A DNA stretch of 63,434 nt, counting the filler, from Folioceros fuciformis (Eukaryota), in assembly GCA_049999805.1 (NCBI GenBank). It is 22 parts of 22 records of this genome, joined end to end, with 100 filler letters (N's around TTAATTAATTAA, not from the genome) between each part and the next. Parts side by side here need not be neighbours in the genome. Positions count along the whole stretch, not along the records: positions 1 to 1,692 come from JBNGIO010000648.1; positions 1,793 to 5,548 come from JBNGIO010000649.1; positions 5,649 to 10,795 come from JBNGIO010000650.1; positions 10,896 to 12,174 come from JBNGIO010000651.1; positions 12,275 to 13,749 come from JBNGIO010000652.1; 17 more parts are not named here. One strand, 5' to 3'. The position numbers and the translations under genes were made by a program. The notes under the pieces were generated by a model. It was not told where the DNA came from, searched no databases, and was given only the letters and a program-made list of their open reading frames with translations. Shown here in pieces: positions 1-12,649 of this stretch. The stretch's first letter is position 1. Every line of letters begins with the position of its first letter.

Positions 1-188
1 GGAACGACCACTTTATCTCTTGAGCCCTATGACTCTTATAGAGTTCCTGGCTACTGTCGGTTTGGATGGTTGGTCGGGTAGGCAGCCATCGATGGTCTTT
101 CACCTGCCACAGCGCTTAAGCGCATTAAACAGAGTCTTTAAACGCTTAAACTACCCCCTCTACCACGTCTGATCCTAACTACCCAACT

Positions 189-852
189 CTATTGGGGACG
201 CTTCGGTGGTTCGAATGGGCAGGTTAGAATGGCAATCTTCGCATCCTCTAGCCTACCACCAACTTTTCCTTCAACCTTAATCAAGTCAAGGTTGACATCA
301 CGTCTCTCCAAATCCGCCACAGCAAGCTTATCTTTCACTGCAATTTCCGCCAACATCCGTTTGCACCTACCCACTATCTTGGAAAATAGCGTCGTCATGC
401 ACGTCTGAATGAGAGGCTCAGCATTATCTGCACTGAAGTCAGACTTGTGCGCGATGTGATTCAAGTGCTCAGTGGCGACCTTAGACGCTATCTCATACCC
501 CTCAACGATCCGAATGGGGTGGATGCCCCGATCTAGTAGCTCTTCCGCCTGCTCCAAGAGTGTACTTGCTGTAACTACAACCCCAGTTGTGTCGTCACCA
601 ATCTCAAAATCTTGACTTTTCGAAAGCTCAACCATCAATTAGCTTCCCAATTTGATTCTCAACCTCCATCTGCTCAAGTATTGTAGCCCCATCGTTTGTC
701 ATAGTGACATCACCGTCCGGGCTCTGCAGCATCTTGTCCATGCCCTTGGGGCCGAGCGAGGTTCTCAGAATCTTGGCCACGGAACGAGCTGCCAAAATGT
801 TGGCCTTTTGGGCATCCAACCCTTGCAGGCGAGCCTTCTGCTCCTGCTCCCG
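189..852 (-). pseudogene. CCT5: CCT5 (T-complex protein 1 epsilon) fragment, intronless, frameshifted and internally deleted
   Basis: Translates as [41 protein letters not shown]..(frameshift near 635)..[48 protein letters not shown]. The GDGTT motif has decayed to GDDTT. About 24 aa between two ED dipeptides are missing, and the fragment stops at PFEPPK. Confidence 0.9.
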
Positions 853-1540
853 AATTAGCTCGTACCGCTTCATCACCTCCTGTCGTTTCGTAGAGAAGGA
901 GCTTGGGAAAAATCCAGGGAAGTAGCGTGGCCCACTGGGGTGAGCGGAGCAATGAGGATGATGGTGAAAGGAACCATGGTGAGAACATCTCTTGCTGTGC
1001 ATCGAACAGTTTGCACTTCTCTAGGCTTCAGAGTAGTTCTTGTCACAGCTGCCCAGAAAAGGCGGCCAGCATACGATAGGTCTCCACCAAGAAGCCGAAG
1101 TCCTCGCCTGTAGAAGGATGCCCCTTCGCTGAACTTCAATCGAGCCTCCGCTATGGAGAGCTGCATACGCTGAGCAAAGGGTATGGATGGTTCCTCCACA
1201 ATGCCCAGCCTATTCTTAAGGTCCAATATGTCAGCCACTAGATCCTCCAGCTCTTCATCCTGAATCATTCCAGCCTAGCTGCTGTCGATAGCAAGCCGAA
1301 GCTTGGACAGATCCGCATCCAGGAGACCAAACTCTGCCACCAGAGGCTCTCCTCCTCGTTAGTCCGCACGTCATCCGAAATCTGCATGACGTCTTCCGCG
1401 AGATACATGTATATGAGCAGCATCTCCAGTTGCAGAGTCCTGACAGCCAGTATCTTCCTCAGCTCATTCACCTCGTCATCTAAGCCCCAAATCTCCATAG
1501 CAACCCGAGTGCGCTGCAACACATTCTTCTGCCTCAACCT
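845..1540 (-). pseudogene. LETM1-like domain protein fragment, fused in frame to the CCT5 fragment
   Basis: [56 protein letters not shown] / [16 protein letters not shown] resembles the C-terminal LETM1-like domain of plant/algal proteins. Frameshifts and a small deletion are present; no introns are visible. Confidence 0.7.
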
Positions 1541-1692
1541 AGATTCCCTGCCCCTGCTGGCATCTCCAAGCTTCTTGTCCAGCGCCTCTAGAGACCACCC
1601 CGGTCCCTGGCTCCCTCCTCCGCCATCCGACCCTGGAGGTTGAATGTCAGGTTCACCTCCACCTTCCGACCGGTCAACGTCTGCCTCCTCCC

Positions 1693-1792
1693 NNNNNNNN
1701 NNNNNNNNNNNNNNNNNNNNNNNNNNNNNNNNNNNNTTAATTAATTAANNNNNNNNNNNNNNNNNNNNNNNNNNNNNNNNNNNNNNNNNNNN
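1693..1792. other. Artificial scaffold spacer N44-TTAATTAATTAA-N44 (first of 21)
   Basis: Identical 100-bp spacers start at 1693, 5549, 10796, 12175, 13750, 18557, 20910, 24215, 28152, 29390, 31245, 35322, 37955, 42913, 44967, 46982, 50348, 53490, 54979, 57072 and 61384. The core gives stop codons in all six frames. Confidence 0.98.
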
Positions 1793-2849
1793 AGATCCTT
1801 GTGGTGGTAGGGCCAGAAGCTCATTGGTGGCAGGTTGTGCTAGAAGTCTAAATAAGTGGCTGGTGACAGCCGGATAGGCTATTAAAATAATATTTCTCAA
1901 GTTAGAGAGAGGTGAAGTCAGAGAGAGAGAGAGGCTCCTATAAGATCAGGTGAGCCTGTAAGAAGAAGGAGTCATTCACTTTTGGGAGTCACTCTATCTC
2001 TTTGTGAGCTCTTGGAGGTCCTCTCTTCATAAGCTCTTGTGGTCTGTCCCTGCTTGGTCTAGGACCTGCAGTGTGTTGCCGGCTGTGCAACGTCTGGTAG
2101 GATCGCAAGCCGTGTGTTGCCGGCTGTACAGTGTCTGGTAGGATCGCAGGCAGCGTGTTGCCGGCTGTACAGTGTCTGGTAGGATCGCGGGCAGCGTGTT
2201 GCCGGTTGTATAGTGTCTGGTAGGATCACAAGGTGTAATGACCAGGGTGAAGGGGCTTGCCCCTAGCTCTTGATTGTAAAGGGTGTGTCTTTCTCTCGAC
2301 CTGTCCACTCTTGTTCCTTGCTTGGTCAAGTGCTGTAGGCCGGCCATGTCTCATGGCGTCTGGTAAGGTTGTGGGGAGGAGATACCCAAGAGGGGAGTGT
2401 GTTCCCTTCTTCCTTTTGTTTGGGGTTAGTCTAGTGACTCTTGCCGGGTAGGAGGAGTCCGTAGGGAAGTATACAAGGTAGTGGTGTCCTTGCTGGTTGC
2501 TAGTAGTTGCTGGTGTTGGTGCTGGAGCGAGAGAGTGAGTGAAGTGAGTGAAGGAAGACGTAGATCTGAGAGGTTAGAGTCGTTGTAGTAACAAGAGTGA
2601 GTTTGTGGGCACCGAGAGAGGTGCAGCTGACCGCCAGACAGCGAGGCCTGTCCTACGCCTGATCGGAGCTGGAGGGGAGCCCTCGAATCCATCATCGAGT
2701 TGATCAAGTCCGACCCTCCATCCACAGCAGCAAGGAACCCCATCGCTCCTTCGTGGGAACGAAACCCAATGTCTCAACGACAGTGGGATAAGTGTGGCCA
2801 CTAAAGGTGGAACCCATTGGCAATCAGTGCCCGGGGTTTTGCCTCCACA
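1793..2849 (+). mobile_element. LTR family A (Athila-like), 3' part, inserted into a Ty3 RT
   Basis: Near-identical to reverse-strand copies at 20363, 27229 and 34556 and to a diverged copy at 43804 that abuts a tRNA-Asp PBS. Ends ...GCCTCCACA, has CCTATAAG (TATA-like) near 1937, and about four 40-42 bp tandem units at 2072-2230. Confidence 0.85.
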
Positions 2850-5500
2850 TACCAGATACGGGTTAAGGAAGGGGATGAGCACAAGACAGCATTCAAAACC
2901 CGCCATGGCCACTATGAGTGGGTGGTGATGCCCAGGGGGCTCACCAACGCACCAACAACCTTCCAGTGCCTGATGCAGGACATCCTCCGGCCGTTGTTGG
3001 GGCAGGGCGTAGAAGTGTTCCTCGACGACATCCTAATCCGTTCTGTAGATGTAGAGACCCACATAAACCTGGTTAGAGCTGTTCTATTACTCCTACAAAA
3101 GCACCACATGTTAGCCAAGAGGAGCAAGTGCACCTTCATGTGCAAGGAAGTGGACTACCTAGGACACATCGTCACGAGGGATGGCATCAGGATGGACCCC
3201 CGCAAGGTCCAGGCAGTCACAGCATGGCCATTACCCACAGACATCACCCAGCTCAGAGGGTTCCTGGGACTTGCAGGATTCTACGGCCAGTTTATCCAGG
3301 GGTTCAGTAAGATTGCTTTACCCCTGACCGACGCCTTGAAACAGCCCCCCAGCAAATCTTTCAATTTGGATGCAGCAGCACAACTAGCCTTCACCCAATT
3401 GAAACAGGCTCTGAGCTCAAGGCCGGTTTTGGAGGTGGCAGATCCCAAGGGGATCTATCATGTGCACACAGATGCACCAGATCTCGCCCTTGGGGCTGTT
3501 CCGTCCCAGGAGGGACGGGCGATTGCCTACGAGTCCCACAAGCTCCAGGGAGCACAAGTTAATTACCCAATTCATGACAAAGAAATGCTTGGCATCATCC
3601 ATGCACTCAAGGTTTGGAGACATTACCTACTAGGACAGAGGTTCACAATGCACACGGATCACCATTCCCTCCATCACTTCTTCACCCAACCCAACTTGAA
3701 TGCACAACAGCGGAGGTGGTCAGAATACTCAGCTGATTTTAACTTTGAGATTAAGTACATCACTAGAGCCTCTAACTTGGTAGCAAATGCCCTCAGCAGG
3801 CAAGCTCTCACTCTGATGACCTCTCAACTAGATACCATCAGGCTCGTCCGAACAGCCATCCCAGGAGATCCACACTTGCAACACATCAACCAGCAGTTAG
3901 TACAAGACACAGCAGAAGGCATTCCCACAGCTTTCATGCAGACTTACCAACTCAAAGACGCTTGTGTTTACAAGAAGGGTCAACTAGTGATTCCTCAACA
4001 GCTGAAGGAGACCCAGAGAGGGATCCTGCATGATCTACACGACTCTCCCATCTATGGACACCTAGGTATCGACAAAACCTATGATCGGGTGAAAACCCAT
4101 TTCCACTGGGAGGGCCTGCGAAATGATTGCATATAGTGGGTCAGAAGTTGCACCTCCTGTCAACAGACAAAACCAGAGCATCAGAAAACACTAGGGTTGT
4201 TGTTACCTTTACAAGTACCTGACGGAAGATTCCAGTCCACCTCCATGGACTTTGTGACTACCCTTCCCCGCACTCGTACAGGAAAGGACAGCATATGGGT
4301 GGTTATGGACAGAATGTCTAAGTGCTGCCATTTCATTCCAGTAAATTCCAACGTTACAGCTCCACGAGTGGCCAACATATTCACAAAGGAGATCTTTAGG
4401 CTTCACGGGTGCCCCCAGAATATTGTCTTAGACCGGGACCCCAAGTTTATAGCAGGGTTCTGGCGATCCTTCACCGAAACCCTGGGCATCCAATAGAGCT
4501 TGTCCTCCACATGCCACCTCGAGTCAGATGGTCAGACAGAGCATCAAATCCAAGTGCTTGAAGACATGCTGCGGCATTACACACAAGACAAGCAAGGCAA
4601 GTGGGAGGAACTCTTACCCCTCCTCAAGTTTGCCTACAATAGCTCCAAGCACGCTGCCACAGGAGTATCCCCCTTCAAATTGCTATATGGCGAGAATCCA
4701 CCACCACCCGGACTCTGGCCAGCTAGCGAAGCCAAGTGGAGAAGTGCAGCCGAGGTTGCAGAGGTCATATGGCATGAGGTCCACAAGGCCAAGCAGAATC
4801 TCCTGTCAGCTCAAGACCGGGCCAAGAAATCGAGCAACAAGCACAGGCGGGAAATCTCCTACAGCATCGGACAACTGGTGTGGTTGTGAATCCACCCTCA
4901 CAGGTATCCATCACTTCTCCAGCAAAAACACAAGTTGGCGTATCGATTTGCAGGACCCTTCAAGATCTTGTGCAAGGTCAATGAAGTTGCCTACACACTA
5001 GAGCTAGAGCTGCCTACCGAACGGCGCATGTGTCACACCTTCCATGTGAGTATGATGAAGGTAGTGATCTAGAGACCTGCCCAACTCAACCCGCCGCCAC
5101 CTGCAGACCCCGCCACTCAAGACAGTCTGGAAGCCCTAGCCGCCACAGACAGTCTTGCTACTCCACCAGCGCAGGACGTCTCTCCAAGCTCTCCCACGAC
5201 AACCAACCCGACCACTAGACCCCCGGTATCAGTTACACCCCCTCACCTAGAAAGCACGACACGGAAGCGGAACAGATCAGCCCGCCATCCCTAGCTCGAC
5301 GACCTTGTCCAGCCCGACAGAATCCTGGAGGTACGCACCTGTCACCTCAGAAACCGATCTGTCCGTGATTACCTAGTTGGATGGAGCCAGGAACCAGACT
5401 CTTCTGCCACTTGGGAGCCAGAAGATGTCTGCAGACGAATTCCCCACCTTAGCCAGCAGCTGGAGGCCCTGGAGGACCAGGCCTCTTGCAGTGGGGGAGA
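2850..5500 (+). mobile_element. Ty3/gypsy chromovirus pol (RT-RNaseH-integrase-chromodomain), decayed
   Basis: KTAFKTRHGHYEWVVMP, VFLDDILI, RNase H HTDA..AYESHKL, integrase HDSPIYGH..C..C, SMDFVT, DRDPKF, DGQTE, GPF motif, then chromodomain-like PDRILEVR..YLVGW..ATWEPE (about 5310-5425). Contains in-frame stops. PPT GTGGGGGAGAA precedes TGTTAC at 5502. Confidence 0.93.
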
Positions 5501-5501
5501 A

Positions 5502-5548
5502 TGTTACGATCGCCAGGAGCAGGAGCGCCCGTGACGATCACCAGCAAG
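5502..5548 (+). mobile_element. Start of the 3' LTR of the chromovirus
   Basis: TGTTACG directly follows the polypurine tract; cut by the spacer. Confidence 0.75.
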
Positions 5549-5648
5549 NNNNNNNNNNNNNNNNNNNNNNNNNNNNNNNNNNNNNNNNNNNNTTAATTAA
5601 TTAANNNNNNNNNNNNNNNNNNNNNNNNNNNNNNNNNNNNNNNNNNNN

Positions 5649-5991
5649 TCTGAAACCAGGCACCATTCACACGTCACAAACCCTCCGCAACACATGCAGC
5701 CCTTGCCGCCATTGCCATTGCCATTGCGCTCTTGTCTTGCCTGCTGATGCGCAGGAGCAGATTGGAGGTTGCCGAGGCCTCCCCGAACGTAGGATGCGCG
5801 CAAGGATCCTCCGGGCGGAAGCGCAGCTCCAGAAAGTTGCCCTCAGACTCTCTAGCCTTTGCAAGAGCTTCGCGTCCCCCGAGCGTCTCCACAGCCCGCG
5901 CCACCGAGCTCGGGTAGCCAGGGTAGTGCACCGCGAACAGCTTCTGCGCCGGCAACACACCGCTCACGCAGCCGTCCTCCACCACGCCCAT
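5649..5991 (-). pseudogene. GTF3C5: TFIIIC subunit 5 (Tau95/GTF3C5) N-terminal fragment, gene 5' end or pseudogene
   Basis: MGVVEDGCVSGVLP..FAVHYPGYPSSVARAVETLGG..LELRFRPEDPCAHPTFGE..LLLRIS matches the plant Tau95 N-terminus. Similarity seems to continue past an in-frame TGA (AEGL*RVNGAWF); the contig then ends. Confidence 0.8.
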
Positions 5992-7210
5992 GGTGAACAC
6001 CTTCCCGCACGCTCCACGTACACGCCGGCTCCTTTCCCCGCCTCCTGGATTCACCTCTACGCAATCCACATGCAGGGACACCATTACACACAACGTCAGC
6101 GTCTCCACTTCTCATTGCTCCCAGCTGCCCGCCTCAATTCATGCATATCCATAGCCCATCCAGCCTCGAGCTAGCGCGTATCAGCCGGGAGGTGCTATCG
6201 ATCCTCCGGGCTTTGTCCACGGGCGGAACCATGAAAGCATTCATCTTCTTACCAGATTGATCATATTTCCCGTACGTGCGAGGACCCTGACTGCAAAGAC
6301 AAGGCACAAGCCAGGTCCCGCCTCACCCTCGACGGCGCGCGTGTCATTTAGGTGCCTACATAAGCTTCCCCAAGTGCCATGACGTCTCGACTACAAAAGT
6401 CCGTCCCATTCGACTCTTCCATGGGTTTCTTCTTACCATGCCCAGTGGATTCTAATAGTAAAGATGGCCACGTCATTATCAGAGATGATAAAAACTGTTT
6501 ACCCCTTAAAATAAAGATGATTATAGTAGAGTTTTATTTTTCTCATAAAATTATCTGAATAAACAAAGAGATTTTATTATTAAAAAATAAATCCTTATCC
6601 TATATTTAAAAATAATATTATCTAGATCAAGTAAGAGCAATCCATATTATGAATACCAATATAAACAACCTCCACTGTTTTTCTAAATGCTAAGGCATAG
6701 TTATGTATCACATGTCAAAGAGATTGGACAAAGGAGGATTCCTCTTTGTAGGGTTTTAACCTAGGGTCTCTTCAAGCATATACCCTTAACGACTGCTTTA
6801 GTGAGTTGTTGACTTTGAGGCCTACCCCAAAGCAATCAATGTTGTCATAGATACCACTAACATCTTACAAGTTCATAGAGTTTGCAAAATCCTCTTCACT
6901 TTTCCTCCATCCTTGAAGCACAAAATAATGCACTCACAATGCACTAAAGACATGAAGTTGAAGGGTACCGAGGGACCTCACCCCCCTAGTAGGATTGGGG
7001 CCCTTTCATTTAAGAAGGACCTCAGCTCTTTGCATTTAGTTTAGCAACTAAGGCCTTGCATGGCAAACCCCTTGCATTCAACAAGGGCCTCAACCCTGCA
7101 ACAAGGCAAAGCATAAACAAAGAGTGTACTTTGGAAGGATTTAGGGTTCACCAAAATTGCAACCATAATAAAAGTGTTGTCTTCCTTCTTTAGCTACATC
7201 AATTCAACTT

Positions 7211-7300
7211 ACCCTAGCCCTCACTAGCATAGCCTTGCCTACACTAGCCCTCCATATCATAGCCCAGCCTACACTAGCCCTCCCTAGCATAGCATATCCT
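7211..7300 (+). repeat. About 30-bp tandem repeat x3 (CACTAGCCCTC..CATAGC..GCCTA)
   Basis: Direct repetition visible in the sequence. Confidence 0.6.
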
Positions 7301-9065
7301 AGTCTAGCAGTTCCAAAGTATACTTTAATCATTAATCTTAATTATAAACTGCCCCATTCTATCCTTCAATGTATTTAGGCTACATTGCATGCTTGCCTTC
7401 ACTGTATCCAACCATCCTTACAAGCTTCTCAACAACGTCTTCAGTACACCCTCCATGAACTGAGCGAACTTTATGTTGCGCCTCATCTCCCCTTCCGATA
7501 ACACCTCTTGTACTTATACATCGATTGCAAGCTTCTAAACAAGTCCTACACCCCTTTATCCCCCTCCTCCTCTTGTTGTCATGCTTTGCCGCTAAACATT
7601 ACACTCATACATAGTTCATTAGTTAAGAACTATTCACATGATACCACATTCCACACACATTAAGCACTACATGATCGTGCTGCATCTTTATGAAAGTGAA
7701 CCATTTGCTTCCTTCAAACACCACAAAATCTCCTCCATCTATATCCACACTTCTCATAGCTGTAGCTTGGCTTCTCAAATCCTCAAATTGGATCACATGA
7801 GCTTGCACATTACGCACACGCACACCTCTACCATATTTCCAACAAGAGAATGCACTTCCAAGACGATGCACTCAAGAGAATACCCTTTCAAGAAGAAGCT
7901 TATTCCACAGAATGCAAGAGAATACAAGCTTACAGCTGCAGCAGACACCGCTGAGCTAGGCCTTTATGCCCGCTACTTAGGGCCTTCTACAATCACGTCC
8001 ACACACACAACAAGGCAATCGCCTATTTTTCACAAATGATTAATGGCAAAGGCCGACAAACCTCGACCGTTCAGCCCCGCCCGTGCGGCTCTCTCTCTCT
8101 TACACACATCAAATCAGATCGAGGCCATCCTCCACACCAAACGCGCGCCCGGACAAGAACACGGCCGAGTTATCTCCCCGCCCACGTCGATTGCCACTAT
8201 AGCCGATCTAATTCCAGCAAGGAATGTTGGGGATGAGCTACAATTTGTTAGAGCAACGGTTGTGGTAGTATCATACAACAGTGATGACTTCGTGCTATAC
8301 GAGGGTTGTGCAAAATTGTCACAGAAAGCTCCGTAGTGGCAGATGCAACCGTTGTGGTTTGCAATCTACAACAAGGAAGCTGTTATTTCGTTTTCGGTTG
8401 ATAGTGGCGAATGGCATGGTAGTGACACTGGTGGTTGCTCTTGATTTTATATAGTGGCAGAGAGTTAATTTCAATAGCTACACAAGTGAAGAATTTGAAC
8501 ATGTTTGCACTTAGATTCACATTGGGATTTATGCTGGATGAAGTAACAGTCGCTGCCCCTTTAGTTTTAAACAGATATATCAAGCTAGTGAACTAAGGTG
8601 CACCCCACTTGTGTACAAGTTTAAACTTACTGTAATTTGTCTCTACCTAAGGCCTTCTCAGTTAAGGTCTTTTCCTTCTTCTATTCAAGTCGTGTCCATT
8701 GCATGTTCGAGGTACATTCTCCTAAGACAACCTGACCTTCCAGCATCTTTTTTCTTGATCTCATTTCGAAGAATGAATGTTTTCTCCTCAATGATGTATC
8801 AGCCCCCTTCTACATAACAAGGTGAGGTGTAGAGGACAAGCCAAGGCTTGCTCTGTTAGCCTCCTCTCCCTCCAAGTTCCGAACTAGCAATCCCACGACC
8901 CCACATGCGTGCTCACACAAGAGTGATTTTGTTTCACGATCACAATCAGTTTAAGCTACAACATGTGTAGAGTGCCTTCTGAACTCTTTTATGAGTCGAC
9001 CATGGTTCGTGGCATTAACTCCACCGCAAATGCATCCTATTCAAGCTCTTCACCTCCTACATGAT

Positions 9066-10334
9066 TGTGGAGTGGAACTTGCACCCAAGAACCACCAAGG
9101 GCCACACTTGTCGTAGTACCAGGATTCGCTCCCAAGGGAGTGAACTAGTGTCAAGGTTTTCTACAATCTTCCCCACTCTACCCTAATCTAATCCTATCTA
9201 TCAGCCAGCTTCTAGACCTAACCACACTACATCAAAAAGATCAGAACTTTGTCTTTAATACCAGATACAATCCCAGTTGAATGAGGACTCAGCATCATCT
9301 TCAGCTCCCACTCCTAGCTCCGGGTATTAGCCACCTGAGAGGAGGTTCCGGCCCTGGCCTCAACCTCCACTCTCAGCCCTAAATGCCAGCGTCTTCAGCA
9401 GCTGATTGAGAACTTCAGCACCTAAGCTTCTCACCCCAGCACAACAGCTCTCTACTCCAGCTCTTCTCCAGCACTTCAAACCTATACTTCAGCACTCCAA
9501 CTCTTCAATCCTTCACCATCACGTTTCACTCCTGTATTTTGAAACACAGCAGCCCCTCACTTGCAGTCCTTGAGGCAGGGATGTGCAGACCCAGGCTAGA
9601 TAGCCTCCTCGGCTCACAGCCCTGCAATCCGTCGCCTTGGAAACCCCTTAGGGACGTCAAGGTACCCCAACCACCCAACCAGCCTGCAAGAAAGGTCAGC
9701 CCCTGGGGATCTGGCCACCCAGATCTCAGCAATTTTGGGAGCCGCCACGTTCCCCTAGTGGCATGGGGAATCAAGGCCGAGGTGCATCTGCACACTGGAT
9801 TAATCCCTCTAACCCAGTAGCCTGCACACAAGGTCAAGGGCACTCTTCACCAAAAAAAGCCTCCCCCTCAATGATAGGCCTGGCCTCTTATACTCCTTGG
9901 CCAGGAACCCCCTGTCACTACCTAACCCGGTCAGTATGCCTCAGACATAACTCCACTTGTCAAAACCCTAAACCTAACTCCAACCTAATCCTAACCCTAA
10001 CTCTCACCTAACCTTAATCCGACCTAATCCTAACCCCAACCTAAGAGGGGTTGTGCCCCCTTTGACACCACTAGTTGACCCTATAAAAAATAACCAGCCT
10101 CTCAAAACTACCAAAATTTGTGAGTGCCTCTCAACACTCCCCTCTCCCTCAGATCATCCTTCAACCCTTCAGAACCTCCACCTTCTTCTAGTCCTCTAGT
10201 CCCCATCCTGTTGGCCAAGGAGGCTCCATGGTCCAGCCTAGCTACCCATTTGATGCCCTTGGGAGGTGACCTTGTAACCATGGCACCTGAAAACATGGCA
10301 CCTGAAAGTGACATCCCACCATCTCCTGCCAACA
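9066..10334 (-). mobile_element. LTR family B, probable solo LTR
   Basis: Left end TGTGGAGTGGAACTTGCACCCAAGAACC matches the PBS-flanked copy at 28626. The right boundary ...CTGCCAACA is inferred; the flanks TGAT/TAAT are only an imperfect TSD. Confidence 0.65.
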
Positions 10335-10731
10335 TAATTATCACTAGGCTTCCCACTCGCAAGCAACACGTCTGTATTGGGCTTTCCGCCTGCGAGCAGC
10401 CAGACGTGCTGCTCGTGGACGAAAAGCCAATTGCTAATTATGCCCTCTGGTTGTCCTTATGAGAGGTGCATCGCTCCTAGCTCCAATTCAGTTGGAGGGG
10501 TTGCGACGCAGGGCTTACGAGTGCATTCGGAGTTGCCCCTAGGTTGACTGTTCCAAAGCTCCACAACAACATTGATCCTTCTCACAACCCTTCCCCCAAC
10601 TACCCTGCTTCGCTCAACTCGTTGAGAAACACCCTCCTAATAGCCGCTTGGATCCAACCCATGTCTATCACCCATCGTTTGGAGCCCAGAGCGGGTCCGC
10701 CACAATCCAACCACCAATCCTGAGGGGGTGC

Positions 10732-10795
10732 TGTGGGGTTAAAATATGGTACCCGGGGGTACCGCGAGGTCCACACAAGCCCTCTATGTCGTTGT
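10732..10795 (-). mobile_element. LTR family D 3' terminus
   Basis: Reverse complement is almost identical to 33083-33146 (...GGTACCCCCGGGTAC.ATATTTTAACCCCACA). Confidence 0.8.
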
Positions 10796-10895
10796 NNNNN
10801 NNNNNNNNNNNNNNNNNNNNNNNNNNNNNNNNNNNNNNNTTAATTAATTAANNNNNNNNNNNNNNNNNNNNNNNNNNNNNNNNNNNNNNNNNNNN

Positions 10896-12174
10896 TCCTC
10901 CAAGTGTTCCAAATGTGACTCAAAGTCCACACTGTGCACAAGGACGTCATCTATGTTGCACAATAGGTTGACTGACCCAGCCAAAACTATGTTCATAACC
11001 CTCTGGAAGGTGACTGGAGCATTCTTGAAGCCAAACAACATCACGAGCCACTCCCACAGTTGCTGTGATCCGTAAAAGGCTGTCTTTTTTATGTCCTCCG
11101 GTGCCACTGGCACTTGGTTGAACCCTTGCCTTAGATCCAGTATGGAGAAGTAGACAGATCTGCTGATGTTGTCAAAGATCTCCTCCGGTGTAGGCATAGG
11201 GTACCTGTCCTAGGGTGTCATGGTGCTGATAGGGCGATAATCGCCACACATTCTCTTCTCCGTCCATAAGCCATGGCTATCCTTCTTGGGTGGCATGATA
11301 GTCGCAGCAACGTAATCAAAACTGGAAGGTCTGATTAGCCCTACCTCACATAATTCCTTGCACCTCGCATCCACCATCTCCCACTCAGATTGACTCAGCC
11401 AATACCTTCTACAATATATGGGCTCCGGGCTTGTGAGGTTAATCCTAAAGATTGTGACGTTGCAGCGTTTCAACTCCTTCATGGAGAACGCGAAGCAATC
11501 ACTGTACTTGAGAATCAATGCCCGAATCTGCCTCTGTTGTTCATCAGTGAGCTGTGGTCCCATGTGCCAGTTGAACGTTTCAGCAATGAGTGGCACCTTG
11601 GTTGATGGCTCTTGCCTCACATCCACCTTGAAGGTCGATGCAGAAAAAACAGAGTGGTGCCAAGCAGCATACTCCCCCCCTCTTGCATCGAGCCTGAAAG
11701 GTAGGCAAGGATAGCCAAGGAAAGGTAGGTGCACTGCATCTGCTGGACAAGCCATGGCTACAAGGCCTGCAAGGGTGCCTCTGGTTAGCAGTTGGAAAGC
11801 CAAGCATAAACTCGCAAGCTAAGTGATGGCGTGCAAGTCCATAGCTCGACCGATAGCAACACAGCGCTGAGAGACTGTAACCTGCAGTGCTGCCGTGGCA
11901 TGTGCTGGAAAGCCCATGATCTGCTCACGCTCCTCAACGTGGGGCTCTTCCCATTCCTTTGTGGTGGTGTTGTATAGCAATCCGTGATAGGCAAAGGAGC
12001 CAGGAAAGCTCACCAGGGCAGGCAATGTTTTGCGAGGCTGACTAGGTGTGTTGATTGGATGCTAGGGTGGTCGCTCACTAACAACCACAGGCCTGGGTTC
12101 ATGATCTGCATCCAACACATCTTGCAGCTGCAAGGTGGGATCCCGCTTCGTATTGCGAAGCACGAGTGCCAAGA
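10896..12174 (-). mobile_element. Ty3 pol fragment: C-terminal half of a C5 DNA methyltransferase in frame with RT
   Basis: One frame (ORFs starting 12025, 11803, 11197) broken only by stops: ..EEPHVEEREQIMGFP..QRCVAIGRAMD (motifs IX/X-like), linker, then RT KKD..WTEKRMCGDYRP..DRYPMPTPEEIFD..LDLRQGFNQ..KTAF..FGFKNAP..NIDDVLV. Confidence 0.85.
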
Positions 12175-12274
12175 NNNNNNNNNNNNNNNNNNNNNNNNNN
12201 NNNNNNNNNNNNNNNNNNTTAATTAATTAANNNNNNNNNNNNNNNNNNNNNNNNNNNNNNNNNNNNNNNNNNNN

Positions 12275-12600
12275 GTGGGAATGTTCCCTCCGTAGGTAGG
12301 GTACCTATTGCTCCCTTCGTAGGTAGGGTCCCTACCATTCCTTCCCCTCCTCTCGTAGGTAGGTTGCCTACCCCTCCTCTAGTAGGTAGGTTCCCTACCC
12401 CTCCTCTCGTAGGTAGGTTGCCTACCATTCCCACCCATTGTCGTAGATAGACAACCTACCCCATTGCTATAGGTGGGGTGTCTACTGTATAAGTACCTTC
12501 CCTACCTACATAGGTATCTTCCATTTTCCCACGTAGGTACTCTCTCTACGTATGTAGGTAGACATCCTACTATGTAGGTATCTTCTTATTCTAACCTACC
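12275..12600. repeat. Degenerate tandem repeat of about 27-36 bp built from CCTACC / GTAGGTAGG
   Basis: Units such as CCTACCCCTCCTCTCGTAGGTAGGTTG; lies 3' of the diverged ORF-X copy. Confidence 0.75.
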
Positions 12601-12649
12601 AGAATAGAACTAAAAAGAACTCCATAAAAACCTTCACTAGCCACTCACT

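Noticed and set aside
2640-2800. Hammerhead ribozyme (retrozyme) in LTR-A
   Set aside because: No CTGANGA core with the required stems was found by eye.
2027-2912. Recurrent short ORFs within LTR-A (also near 20.4, 27.5, 34.6 and 43.9 kb)
   Set aside because: They recur only because the LTR is repeated; they overlap on both strands and have no protein motifs.
8225-8590. CACTA transposon end (repeated CAAC.GTTGTGG motifs, TAGTG)
   Set aside because: No partner TIR, TSD or transposase; too weak to call.
9960-10045. Telomere-like CCCTAA repeats
   Set aside because: Degenerate, short and internal to the putative LTR-B.
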